Of a stretch of DNA of 64,000 nt, positions 9,645 through 18,521 are shown piece by piece. The stretch is taken from NCBI GenBank assembly GCA_013286575.1, contig JABDFL010000001.1, forward strand, positions 9,905-73,904, in the 5' to 3' direction. Both the position numbers and the translations under genes were made by a program. The notes below the pieces were generated by a model, which was given only the letters and a program-made list of their open reading frames with translations, had not been told where the DNA came from and searched no databases. Each line of letters begins with the position of its first letter. The first letter of the stretch is position 1. The stretch is from Candidatus Omnitrophota bacterium (GTDB taxonomy: Bacteria; Omnitrophota; Gorgyraeia; Zapsychrales; Fredricksoniimonadaceae).

Positions 9645-10681
9645 TTTCCCTGATTGATATCCGTGATTTATCCTTGGAAGAATTAGCGGCATATTTAAAA
9701 TCCGTCGCTGCGGAGCCTTTTCGTGCTGAGCAGATTTTTCAGTGGATTTACCAAAAAGGGGCCTGGGGTTTTGACGCGATGACCAATGTCCCTAAAGCGC
9801 TAAGGGACCGTCTGGAAAATGATTTTATCCTCAAGCCCAATGAGATCGCCCAAAAGGTCGTCTCTGAGGACGGCACCACTAAATTTCTTTTTGATTTGCA
9901 TGATCGTGAAAAAATTGAAAGCGTGTTGATCCCGACACCGACAAGGACAACGGCCTGTATTTCCACCCAGGCCGGTTGCAAGTTTGGCTGTAAATTTTGC
10001 GCCAGCGGTATCGGCGGCTGGAAGAGAAATTTAAGCTGTGCCGAGATCATTGCCCAGGTTTTGCATATTAAGGAAGAGGCTTTGAAACATAAAAGGCCTT
10101 TGACGAATATCGTGTTTATGGGGACCGGCGAGCCGCTTGACAATTTTGTCAATTTGATGAAAGCGGTCCGGACCATTAATTCAGCTAAAGGCATCAATAT
10201 CGGCGCCAGGCATATCACGATTTCCACCGTCGGGGTTGTTCCGAAGATCAAAGAACTGGCCCAAGAGGGCTTACAGGTGGAGTTGGCTATTTCCCTGCAT
10301 GGGTATGATAATCCCTCCCGCAATGTGCTCATGCCGGTCAATAAGAAATACCCTTTTGATGAATTGATCGCGGCCTGCCGTGAATATGTCCGGTTAACAA
10401 AGCGCCAGATTACCTTCGAATACATCCTTATCAAAGATGTCACTTGCACGCCTCATGCCGTGGCGAGCTTGAAAAAAGCTTTTAAAGGGATCATTTGCAA
10501 AATGAATCTCATTCCCTATAATCCCGTCTCAGAATTTGGCCATCAAACACCTTCGCCTGACGAAATGCTTAAATTCAGGGACAGCCTTGAAGACAGCGGT
10601 GTTCATGCCACTATCCGAAGACCGCGCGGCAAAGATGTAAATGCCGCCTGCGGGCAGTTGAGGCATTTGGCAAAATTATAG
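9641..10681 (+). CDS. rlmN: Dual-specificity RNA methyltransferase RlmN
   Basis: CISTQAGCKFGCKFC, VFMGTGEP, AACGQL. Confidence 0.95.
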   Translation: MISLIDIRDLSLEELAAYLKSVAAEPFRAEQIFQWIYQKGAWGFDAMTNVPKALRDRLENDFILKPNEIAQKVVSEDGTTKFLFDLHDREKIESVLIPTPTRTTACISTQAGCKFGCKFCASGIGGWKRNLSCAEIIAQVLHIKEEALKHKRPLTNIVFMGTGEPLDNFVNLMKAVRTINSAKGINIGARHITISTVGVVPKIKELAQEGLQVELAISLHGYDNPSRNVLMPVNKKYPFDELIAACREYVRLTKRQITFEYILIKDVTCTPHAVASLKKAFKGIICKMNLIPYNPVSEFGHQTPSPDEMLKFRDSLEDSGVHATIRRPRGKDVNAACGQLRHLAKL

Positions 10682-10686
10682 GTGCG

Positions 10687-11226
10687 TTATTGTGAAGAGG
10701 AATTTTGCTGCTGTTCGGCTGCTATTTTTTGTAGAAACGCCTGCATGCGGGGGTTGCTCATTAAGGCCTGGACTTGGGGATTACTTTGTACGGCCTGGTA
10801 ATTGTGTGAAGTGACAGCCTGTACCAAGGCAGGATCTTGGAGTGCCTGCATAATTTCCGGGTCTTGGGCCATTTCCTGCAGCTCAGCCATGGCTTGAGGA
10901 TTAGACATCAGTTTTTGTTGACTGGCCGCGATTTGCGCATCCATATTGTTGGATGGAGCGCCTGAGGCCTGTGCAGGCATAGCAGCAACAGGGGCGGCAG
11001 TACCATCAGCGGCACCGTTGGTGATGCTGGCTACATCGCTGGCAGCCACATGCACATCGCCAATGATAGGTGTTTTAACGGTGTAAACGCCGTTATTGAT
11101 ACCAGCGAGTTGGCCTTTGATTTGCGAGCCGTCCTTGAGGGTGATCACCTGTTCGGCATCATCGGCAAAAGCAGTAATGTTTGCGGACAGAAATAAAAGG
11201 GTAAGGGTAAAAATAAATTTGTACAT
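10687..11226 (-). CDS. Exported hypothetical protein with STI1/DP-like helical repeats
   Basis: Signal peptide; ITLKDGSQIKG domain; MSNP/QDP repeats. Confidence 0.75.
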   Translation of the reverse strand: MYKFIFTLTLLFLSANITAFADDAEQVITLKDGSQIKGQLAGINNGVYTVKTPIIGDVHVAASDVASITNGAADGTAAPVAAMPAQASGAPSNNMDAQIAASQQKLMSNPQAMAELQEMAQDPEIMQALQDPALVQAVTSHNYQAVQSNPQVQALMSNPRMQAFLQKIAAEQQQNSSSQ

Positions 11227-11263
11227 AAGGCAAGTCTAACATCTAATCGTGCTCTTGGCAAGT

Positions 11264-11292
11264 TTGACAAAAAGGTTTGTCGATGTTATATT
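11264..11292 (+). promoter_or_regulatory. Promoter of the tRNA pair
   Basis: TTGACA-17 bp-TATATT with TGn extension. Confidence 0.65.
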
Positions 11293-11416
11293 GGCTACTT
11301 CTTATTAGACGAAGCACGGGGGTTGGCCGTTTCTCTAAATAAAGACATTGAGGAAACGGCACATTCACCCCAAATTCTTTCTGGACATATTTGCATAGTA
11401 ATTTTTGGGTAAATTT

Positions 11417-11490
11417 GGGGTTGTAGCTCAGTTTGGGAGAGCGCCTGCATGGCATGCAGGAGGTCAGGGGTTCAATCCCCCTCAACTCCA
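11417..11490 (+). tRNA. tRNA-Ala(GGC), CCA not encoded
   Basis: GGGGTTG/CAACTCC acceptor stem; CCTGC-AT GGC AT-GCAGG anticodon arm; TTCAA T-loop. Confidence 0.95.
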
Positions 11491-11499
11491 CTTATTTTT

Positions 11500-11586
11500 G
11501 CCAAGGTGGCGGAACTGGTATACGCGCTGGTCTCAAAAACCAGTGGTCTCACGGCCGTGAGGGTTCAACTCCCTCCCTTGGCACCA
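11500..11586 (+). tRNA. tRNA-Leu(CAA), CCA encoded
   Basis: GCCAAGG/CCTTGGC acceptor stem; CTGGT-CT CAA AA-ACCAG; long variable arm. Confidence 0.95.
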
Positions 11587-11592
11587 TAAAAT

Positions 11593-11624
11593 AAAAAGGG
11601 GACACTTTTGAGTGTCCCCTTTTT
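11593..11624 (+). terminator. Intrinsic (bidirectional-type) terminator after the tRNAs
   Basis: AAAAAGGGGACACT-TTTG-AGTGTCCCCTTTTT. Confidence 0.9.
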
Positions 11625-11635
11625 ATGCCTTTCAC

Positions 11636-11690
11636 ATTGTAAACTAGGATTACCATCATAGTTGACAATCCTCCCGGCGTTGGCTATCAT
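11636..11690 (+). promoter_or_regulatory. BirA-type biotin operator overlapping the -35 of the iscS-bio promoter
   Basis: ATTGTAAAC-N16-GTTGACAAT (11636-11669); TTGACA(11662)-17 bp-TATCAT(11685). Confidence 0.8.
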
Positions 11691-11699
11691 AATCCTCTT

Positions 11700-12845
11700 A
11701 TGCGCTCCATTTATCTAGATCATGCGGCAACTACAGCTTGTGACCCTCGTGTGCTTGAGGCCATGCGGCCTTTCTTTTTCGAGCAAAGCGGAAATGCTTC
11801 AAGCCCACACAGGCAAGGCCGCCAGGCCCGCCGCGCCGTTGAGGAGGCCCGTGAAATATTAGCCGCTTTTATAGGTACCGCACCGGTGGAAATTATTTTT
11901 ACCAGCGGTGCCAGTGAGTCCAATAATCACGCTATTTTTTCGACAGCCAGGGCTTTAAAGACCAAGGGCAAGCATATTATTGCCTCTGCGATCGAGCATC
12001 ATTCAGTATTGGAACCCCTGCATCAACTGGAGCAGGATGGTTTTCAGGTAAGCTATGTTAAGCCCAAGGCGGACGGTATCGTTGCCTTTGAAGATATAAA
12101 GTCTCTGCGGCGGCCAGACACCATCCTTGTCTGCCTTCAGCATGCCAACAATGAAATCGGAACTTTGCAGCCCGTTGAAGAAGCGGGACGCCTATGCCGC
12201 GAGCAAGGCATTTACTTTTTAGTGGATGCTACCCAGACCATCGGGCATATACCTGTGAATGTTAAAGATATCCCCTGTGATTTCCTTTCCCTCTCCGCAC
12301 ATAAATTTTATGGACCCCAGGGAGTAGGTGCTTTATATGTCCGTCAAGGCATTAAATGTCCTGCCTTTATATTAGGCGGCGACCAGGAACGCGGACGCAG
12401 GGCAGGCACACATAATACCACGGGGATCGTCGGTTTGGGAGAGGCCATCAAACTTTGCCGCGCCCAAATGCCGGAAGAAACACAGCAAGAAGTTAAGTTC
12501 CGGGATGAGATCATCGATTTTGTTTTAAAAGAAATTCCCGGCGGCGTTCTTAATGGCCATCCTCAAAAGCGCCTGCCTAACAATGCCCATTTTTCTTTTC
12601 CCGGTATTAATGGTGAGGAACTCGTGAGTGCTTTGGATTTAGCGGGTGTGGCAGTGTCCATGGGTTCCGCCTGCACATGGGGGAAGCTGGAGCCCTCCCA
12701 TGTACTTAAAGCTATGGGGCTGGCAGATCAAATGGCCTTAGGTTCTTTGCGCGTCACCGTCGGCCGTTGGACTGCAAGTCAGGACGTTACATATTTTCTG
12801 GAGCAGTTGAAAATAAAATGCAAGAACGCATCATCCAATTCTTAA
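11700..12845 (+). CDS. iscS: Cysteine desulfurase (IscS/NifS type I)
   Basis: YLDHAATT, FTSGASES, SAHKFYGP (PLP Lys), SMGSAC (catalytic Cys). Confidence 0.9.
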   Translation: MRSIYLDHAATTACDPRVLEAMRPFFFEQSGNASSPHRQGRQARRAVEEAREILAAFIGTAPVEIIFTSGASESNNHAIFSTARALKTKGKHIIASAIEHHSVLEPLHQLEQDGFQVSYVKPKADGIVAFEDIKSLRRPDTILVCLQHANNEIGTLQPVEEAGRLCREQGIYFLVDATQTIGHIPVNVKDIPCDFLSLSAHKFYGPQGVGALYVRQGIKCPAFILGGDQERGRRAGTHNTTGIVGLGEAIKLCRAQMPEETQQEVKFRDEIIDFVLKEIPGGVLNGHPQKRLPNNAHFSFPGINGEELVSALDLAGVAVSMGSACTWGKLEPSHVLKAMGLADQMALGSLRVTVGRWTASQDVTYFLEQLKIKCKNASSNS

Positions 12846-13774
12846 AAGAAAGCGACGGATATATTTCCGGTGAGGAGATCAGTCACCGGCTGAAGATGTC
12901 GCGGGCGGCCATCTGGAAGCACATGCAGGAATTACGCGCCCAGGGCTATGAGATTGCCGCTGTCCCGCATTTAGGTTACCAATTGGTGGCCTCTCCCGAC
13001 AAACTTTTGGGTTTTGAAATTCAATCCGATCTCAACACTAAGATCATAGGCAAAAAGATAATCGTCCTGGAGACAGTCACATCCACCATGGATGAAGCTT
13101 TTCGTTTGGGGATGGAAAACTGCCCCGAGGGCACGGTGGTCTGCGCGGAGGCCCAGTCCAAAGGCCGCGGCCGTCTTGGGAGGGTGTGGAGTTCGCCTAA
13201 ATCCAGAGGATTATATTTTTCTTTTGTGTTACGCCCAAGCCTGCCGCTCAATCAGTTGGCACAATTGACATTAATGTCGGCAGTGGCTTTGGCGGAAGCT
13301 ATTGAAAATATCAGTGATCTTAAGCCTCTGATTAAATGGCCTAACGATATTCTTTTGGGAAATCACAAGCTGGCAGGTATTTTGACGGAATTACGCGCGG
13401 AATCCGACCAGGTTAAATTCGTCGTTGTTGGCATCGGCCTTAATGTTAATGCATCGGCGCATCAATTGCCTTCGGGGTCAAGTTCTTTAAAAATTGGCGC
13501 AGGGCATAGCTTTGATCGCGCGAAAGTTTTTCAGGCTATTTTGCGTTCCCTCGAGAAATGGTACGTAAAGCTTTTACACGATGAGTTTGATTTAGTCATG
13601 GACGAATGGAAAAGGCGCAGCGCAACACTTAAAAAACGGGTGAGGATAACAGACCCTGCCGGTATCATCGAGGGAGAAGCTATTGACCTGGATGAAGATG
13701 GCGCCCTGCTGATCCGTAAAGACAATGGCATCGTCATCAAGAAAACCGCGGGAGATGTTTTTTTATTGCGATGA
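12818..13774 (+). CDS. birA: Bifunctional biotin ligase/repressor with N-terminal HTH
   Basis: ISGEEIS..SRAAIWK HTH; QSKGRGRLGRVW; KWPND; KLAGIL. Confidence 0.95.
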   Translation: MQERIIQFLKESDGYISGEEISHRLKMSRAAIWKHMQELRAQGYEIAAVPHLGYQLVASPDKLLGFEIQSDLNTKIIGKKIIVLETVTSTMDEAFRLGMENCPEGTVVCAEAQSKGRGRLGRVWSSPKSRGLYFSFVLRPSLPLNQLAQLTLMSAVALAEAIENISDLKPLIKWPNDILLGNHKLAGILTELRAESDQVKFVVVGIGLNVNASAHQLPSGSSSLKIGAGHSFDRAKVFQAILRSLEKWYVKLLHDEFDLVMDEWKRRSATLKKRVRITDPAGIIEGEAIDLDEDGALLIRKDNGIVIKKTAGDVFLLR

Positions 13775-14922
13775 ACACCGATATTTTACAAAAAGATTTG
13801 CAGGATTTGGAAAATTCGGGAATATACCGTTCCCTCAAGGCCCTTGATTCACCTCAAGGCAGGGAAATCATCCTGGAAGGCAAACGCGTATTAAATTTTT
13901 GTTCCAATGATTATCTGGGGCTGGCCAATGATGCCCGTATCAAGAAAGCAGCGATCGAAGGGATAAAAGAATATGGATTGGGTTCCGGGGCATCAAGATT
14001 GGTTTGCGGCAATATGGGGCCGCACGAAAAACTGGAAGCAGATTTGGCGTTGTTTAAACATACCGAAAGCGCTCTAGTTTATTCCAGCGGGTATATGGCC
14101 AATACAGGCATTATCCCGGCGCTGATGGACCGTCACGGCGTTGTGCTCAGTGATAAATTAAATCATGCTTCTATTATTGACGGGATTGTTTTAAGCCGTG
14201 CCAGGCTTCTGCGCTACCCTCACGCGGACATGCAGGCTTTGCAGGACATTTTAAAAGACATCCCTGCCGCGCAACCTAAACTGATTGTGACGGACACTGT
14301 TTTTAGTATGGATGGAGACAGGGCACCGCTTAAAGAGATTATAGATTTGGCCCGTTGCTATGATGCCATCGTCATGGTGGATGAGGCGCATGCCTTTGGC
14401 GTGCTGGGCGCTCACGGCAGCGGATTGGTCGAAGAGCTCTCCCTTGAGGGGCAGGTGGCGATCCAAATGGGGACCCTGTCCAAGGCCGCAGGATCTTTTG
14501 GGGCCTATGCCTGCGGGACGAAGGTTTTGCGCGAGTATTTGATCAATAAAAGCCGCAGTTTTATTTACACGACGGCAATGCCGCCGGCATTGGCCCAAGC
14601 TTCAAGGGCTGCTTTAAAGATCATTATTGAGGGCGGCCCGTTGCGCCGTAAGTTACAGGAGAACGCGGATTATCTGCGCGCGGGCCTTAAAGGCATGGGA
14701 TTTGATACGATGAATTCAAGCACGGCCATCATTCCTATTTTAGTCAAAGGTTCCCTGCAGGCGAAAGCCATGTCCCGGCGATTATTGGAGCGCGGTATTT
14801 TTGTACAAGCCATACGACCTCCGACGGTGCCGATAGGCACGGCAAGGCTCAGGCTTACAGTGACAGCCACGCACGCTCAGGAAGATTTGGACAATTTATT
14901 AAATGCTTTAAGGACACTGTAA
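13771..14922 (+). CDS. bioF: 8-amino-7-oxononanoate synthase
   Basis: NFCSNDYLGL, NHASIIDG, DEAH, GTLSKA, IRPPTVP. Confidence 0.93.
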   Translation: MNTDILQKDLQDLENSGIYRSLKALDSPQGREIILEGKRVLNFCSNDYLGLANDARIKKAAIEGIKEYGLGSGASRLVCGNMGPHEKLEADLALFKHTESALVYSSGYMANTGIIPALMDRHGVVLSDKLNHASIIDGIVLSRARLLRYPHADMQALQDILKDIPAAQPKLIVTDTVFSMDGDRAPLKEIIDLARCYDAIVMVDEAHAFGVLGAHGSGLVEELSLEGQVAIQMGTLSKAAGSFGAYACGTKVLREYLINKSRSFIYTTAMPPALAQASRAALKIIIEGGPLRRKLQENADYLRAGLKGMGFDTMNSSTAIIPILVKGSLQAKAMSRRLLERGIFVQAIRPPTVPIGTARLRLTVTATHAQEDLDNLLNALRTL

Positions 14923-14924
14923 AC

Positions 14925-15725
14925 ATGCCTTTTTTTAAAACACACCGAGGCCTTAGTTGGCATTATGAAGCTTCCGGCACAGGCGATGCCGTTGTTATGA
15001 TCCATGGACTGGGAGCTTCAGGCCATATTTGGCAGGCGCAAAAAGATTTTTTACAGACGGATTTTCAGGTGATTACTGTAGATTTGCCGGGCCATGGCAA
15101 AAGTGCCTGGATGCCCGTGACCCTGATCGATATGGCCATGGATATCCGTCAAATTCTAAGCAGCCTCGGGATTGCGCAGTTTTCTTTGGTTGCTTCATCC
15201 ATGGGCGGTCTGGTCGCGCTGGAGCTTTACCGCATGATCCCTCAAGACGTCATGCGCATGTCAATGGTCGGATCTATCCCCAAATTTGCAAAAGGCCCCC
15301 ATTATCCTGCGGGATTGGACATTGCAAAAATCCGTATACTCAGCGGGCAGTTAAACGGGGATTATGGCTTGATCATGGATATTTTTTTCCGTTCTTTATT
15401 TACGATGAAAGAGCGTGCAAGCGAGCGGTTCAAATGGGTCAAAGAATTTCGCCAAAACGAACCATTGCCGAGCAGGGAAGCGTTGAAACATTTTTTGGAT
15501 ATTTTAGAAAAGGCAGATCTGCGCGACCGCATCGCCTCGGTGATTTGTCCCTTACAATTCATCACCGGGACAGAGGATTATATTTGCCCGCGCGCGATCA
15601 TGGATTGGGTGGCAAGCCACACCTATAACGCCAGGTTTGATTTTATCGAGGGATGCGGGCATTTGCCGTTTTTAGTTGAAGTCAAAGAATACAACCGTCT
15701 GTTGGAAGATTTTTTGCTTAATTGA
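14925..15725 (+). CDS. bioH: Alpha/beta hydrolase, BioH-like pimeloyl-ACP methyl ester esterase
   Basis: HGLG, DLPGHG, ASSMGG nucleophile elbow, GHLPF; lies between bioF and bioC. Confidence 0.75.
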   Translation: MPFFKTHRGLSWHYEASGTGDAVVMIHGLGASGHIWQAQKDFLQTDFQVITVDLPGHGKSAWMPVTLIDMAMDIRQILSSLGIAQFSLVASSMGGLVALELYRMIPQDVMRMSMVGSIPKFAKGPHYPAGLDIAKIRILSGQLNGDYGLIMDIFFRSLFTMKERASERFKWVKEFRQNEPLPSREALKHFLDILEKADLRDRIASVICPLQFITGTEDYICPRAIMDWVASHTYNARFDFIEGCGHLPFLVEVKEYNRLLEDFLLN

Positions 15726-15728
15726 CCT

Positions 15729-16493
15729 ATGAATGCCACCAAAATACAACAAGGATTTAGCAAGTCAGCCAATACCTATGACCGCTTTACCGGTTTGCAC
15801 CGGGAAATAGCGGATAAGTTATTTGCTCAAGTGATCAATGAAAACACGCCTTCTGCGCTATTGGATGTAGGCTGCGGTACAGGGTATTTGACGGTCAGGT
15901 TTAAAGAGCATTGGCCCCAAGGTAGGATCGTCGGCCTTGATTTTTCTCCGGGGATGCTTGAGGTGGCGCGTTGCAAGCATGGCGGTATTGACTGGGTCTT
16001 AGGGGACAGTAATAATCTGCCTTTTTCCGATGGGTGTTTCGATGCTTTGATTTCCAATTTAGCTTATCAATGGGCAGGGGATTTATCATGCGCCTTTACT
16101 GAAGCAAGGCGTGTGCTGGCCCCCGACGGGATTTTGGCTTGCACCCTTTTTGGTTACCATACCTGCCGGGAGCTATTTCAATCACTGGATGAAGCTAAGA
16201 CAAAAGCATTACAGTTCACCCGCCTGCCTGATGAGGCCCAAGTCCGCCAGGCGCTGGCGGCAAGCGGATTCGAGGGTCCTATAGTTGATGTTGAGAAGAA
16301 TAAAATTGGGTTTAACAGCATGCGTGAATTGCTTACATGGCTTAAAAGTATTGGCGCTAATAACCTTTCTCAGGAAGGTTTCCTGGGGCCTGAGGCCATG
16401 TCCCGTGCCGCTTCCATTTATCACAGGAAATTTCCTTATCTCCAGGGCGTTGGGGCCACATTTGAGGTGATCCGGGTTTATGTCAGAAAGTAA
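15729..16493 (+). CDS. bioC: Malonyl-ACP O-methyltransferase
   Basis: FSKSANTYD, LDVGCGTG, SNLAYQW, LKSIGA. Confidence 0.88.
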   Translation: MNATKIQQGFSKSANTYDRFTGLHREIADKLFAQVINENTPSALLDVGCGTGYLTVRFKEHWPQGRIVGLDFSPGMLEVARCKHGGIDWVLGDSNNLPFSDGCFDALISNLAYQWAGDLSCAFTEARRVLAPDGILACTLFGYHTCRELFQSLDEAKTKALQFTRLPDEAQVRQALAASGFEGPIVDVEKNKIGFNSMRELLTWLKSIGANNLSQEGFLGPEAMSRAASIYHRKFPYLQGVGATFEVIRVYVRK

Positions 16494-17136
16494 AGCCATC
16501 TTTATTACAGGGACGGACACGGCCGTGGGCAAGACAGTCGCGGTTTTTTGTTTAGGCGTCCTGCTTAAAGCCCAAGGGTTTAATCTCGGCGTGATGAAGC
16601 CTGTTCAATGCGCCGGGGAAGATGCGCAATTTTTAAAGAAAGCCTTGGCGCTTCAGGATGAATTAAAAGAGATCAATCCATTTTATGCGCCGGAGCCGTT
16701 ATCGCCTCATCTGGCTTTTCGCCGGGCGAAAATCAAATTTAATAAGAAGCGGGTGCAGGACGGATTGAAAAAGTTGCGGGCGCGTTATGATATTGTTTTA
16801 GTGGAAGGCGCCGGTGGCCTTATGGTGCCGTTAACGGACGGTTATTATAACGCGGACTTGATCGCTGATCTAAAGGCGGAAGTGATCATCATCGCCCGTC
16901 CGGGTTTAGGGACCATCAATCATACCTTATTGACGATCAATGAGGCCCAACGGCGGGGATTGACGGTCAAGGGGATTATCTTTTGCCAGGCTAAACCTGG
17001 GCGCAAAAGCCTGCCGGAACGTACCAACCCCCAGGAAATTAAAAAGTTATCAGGTGTTAAAGTGTTGGGAGTCATCCCTTATTTAAAACCATTAAACCAA
17101 AAGAATATTTTACGCCAATGCAGGCTCGACGTTTAA
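16480..17136 (+). CDS. bioD: Dethiobiotin synthetase
   Basis: FITGTDTAVGKT, KPVQ, EGAGG, LGTINHT. Confidence 0.95.
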   Translation: MSESKAIFITGTDTAVGKTVAVFCLGVLLKAQGFNLGVMKPVQCAGEDAQFLKKALALQDELKEINPFYAPEPLSPHLAFRRAKIKFNKKRVQDGLKKLRARYDIVLVEGAGGLMVPLTDGYYNADLIADLKAEVIIIARPGLGTINHTLLTINEAQRRGLTVKGIIFCQAKPGRKSLPERTNPQEIKKLSGVKVLGVIPYLKPLNQKNILRQCRLDV

Positions 17137-18410
17137 AACAATGGGACCGTGAATATATCTGGCATCCTTTTACCCAGATGAAGGATTGGGATCAGGTTGA
17201 GCCGTTGATCATTGATTCCGCCGATGGTATTTATCTCAAAGATATCGATGGAAAAATCTACATGGACGGGGTTTCATCCCTGTGGGTCAATGTCCACGGC
17301 CACGCCCAGGCGCATATCGATGCGGCGCTCAAGAAACAAATCGATAAGCTAAGCCATTCAACATTGCTGGGTTTGGCCAATACTCCGGCGATAGAATTGG
17401 CCAAACGTTTGATCGGGATTGCGCCTAAAGGATTGAAAAAAGTATTTTATTCGGACAATGGTTCGACTGCCGTTGAGATCGCCATCAAGATGGCGTATCA
17501 ATATTGGCAAAATATCGGGCAGAAAAAGAAAATCCGTCTTGTTCATTTAAGCCATTCGTATCATGGGGACACCTTGGGCTCGGTAAGTGTGGGCGGCATT
17601 GATTTATTCCATAAAGTTTATCGCAAATTAATTTTCAAAACAATCACTCTCAAAGGGCACGGATGGCAAGCCGTGGAAGAGCTGGAAGCATTGCTTAAAG
17701 CCAAAGGCGAGAGCATCGCTGCCCTGGTTGTTGAGCCATTGGTCCAGGGTGCGGCCGGCATGCGGGTATGGCCTGAAGGTGTTTTGAAGAAAATGCGTGC
17801 TTTGACCCAAAAATACAATGTCTTTCTCATCGCGGATGAAGTGGCAACAGGTTTTGGCCGTACGGGCAAGATGTTTGCCTGTGAGCATGAAGGAGTGACC
17901 CCTGATTTTTTGTGCCTGGCCAAAGGGATTACCGGCGGGTATCTGCCTTTGGCGGCGACCTTGACCACTCAAAAAGTTTTCGATGGTTTTCTTTTTGATT
18001 ACAAAGAGCAGAAAACATTTTTTCACGGGCACACCTATACCGGCAATCCATTAGCCTGTGCCGCGGCCCTGGCCAATCTTGATGTTTTTCAAAAAGAGCG
18101 TACTTTGGCCAAACTTAGCCCCAAGATAAAATTCTTGGCGAAATCGCTTAAAATGTTTTATAATCTCCCTTCTGTCGCCGAGACGCGCCAGAGGGGATTT
18201 ATGGCAGGCATAGAGCTCAAAGGCCGCCCGGAAGACCGTATAGGAGCAAAGGTCTGTCAGCAAGTACGCCGATACGGCGTCATCCTAAGGCCCTTGGGGA
18301 ATGTCATCGTCCTCATGCCGCCGCTAAGTATATCTATCGAAGAATTAGATTACTTGCTGATGGCGACGTATAGATCAATAGAAGACTGCGTGAACAAGAC
18401 GCAAGAATAA
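17118..18410 (+). CDS. bioA: Adenosylmethionine-8-amino-7-oxononanoate aminotransferase
   Basis: IWHPFTQM, DEVATGFGRTG, AKGITGG, HGHTYTGN. Confidence 0.95.
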   Translation: MQARRLKQWDREYIWHPFTQMKDWDQVEPLIIDSADGIYLKDIDGKIYMDGVSSLWVNVHGHAQAHIDAALKKQIDKLSHSTLLGLANTPAIELAKRLIGIAPKGLKKVFYSDNGSTAVEIAIKMAYQYWQNIGQKKKIRLVHLSHSYHGDTLGSVSVGGIDLFHKVYRKLIFKTITLKGHGWQAVEELEALLKAKGESIAALVVEPLVQGAAGMRVWPEGVLKKMRALTQKYNVFLIADEVATGFGRTGKMFACEHEGVTPDFLCLAKGITGGYLPLAATLTTQKVFDGFLFDYKEQKTFFHGHTYTGNPLACAAALANLDVFQKERTLAKLSPKIKFLAKSLKMFYNLPSVAETRQRGFMAGIELKGRPEDRIGAKVCQQVRRYGVILRPLGNVIVLMPPLSISIEELDYLLMATYRSIEDCVNKTQE

Positions 18411-18491
18411 TTTCTTCCACCCAAATGCGTGTTTTTGCTCCTAACTTATCCAGGAATCAGTAAGTAGCAATTAGCATTTGGGTGGAAGAAA
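18411..18491. repeat. Inverted repeat with perfect 18-bp arms
   Basis: TTTCTTCCACCCAAATGC ... GCATTTGGGTGGAAGAAA. Confidence 0.85.
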
Positions 18492-18521
18492 ATATTCTTG
18501 TGGCTTGTTCCGGACTATCAT

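Noticed and set aside
9748-10449. Long antisense ORFs (this one and many similar in the ORF track)
   Set aside because: They lie fully opposite well-supported conserved genes and show no motifs of their own
11243-11491. 82-aa minus-strand ORF
   Set aside because: Antisense shadow of tRNA-Ala and its promoter
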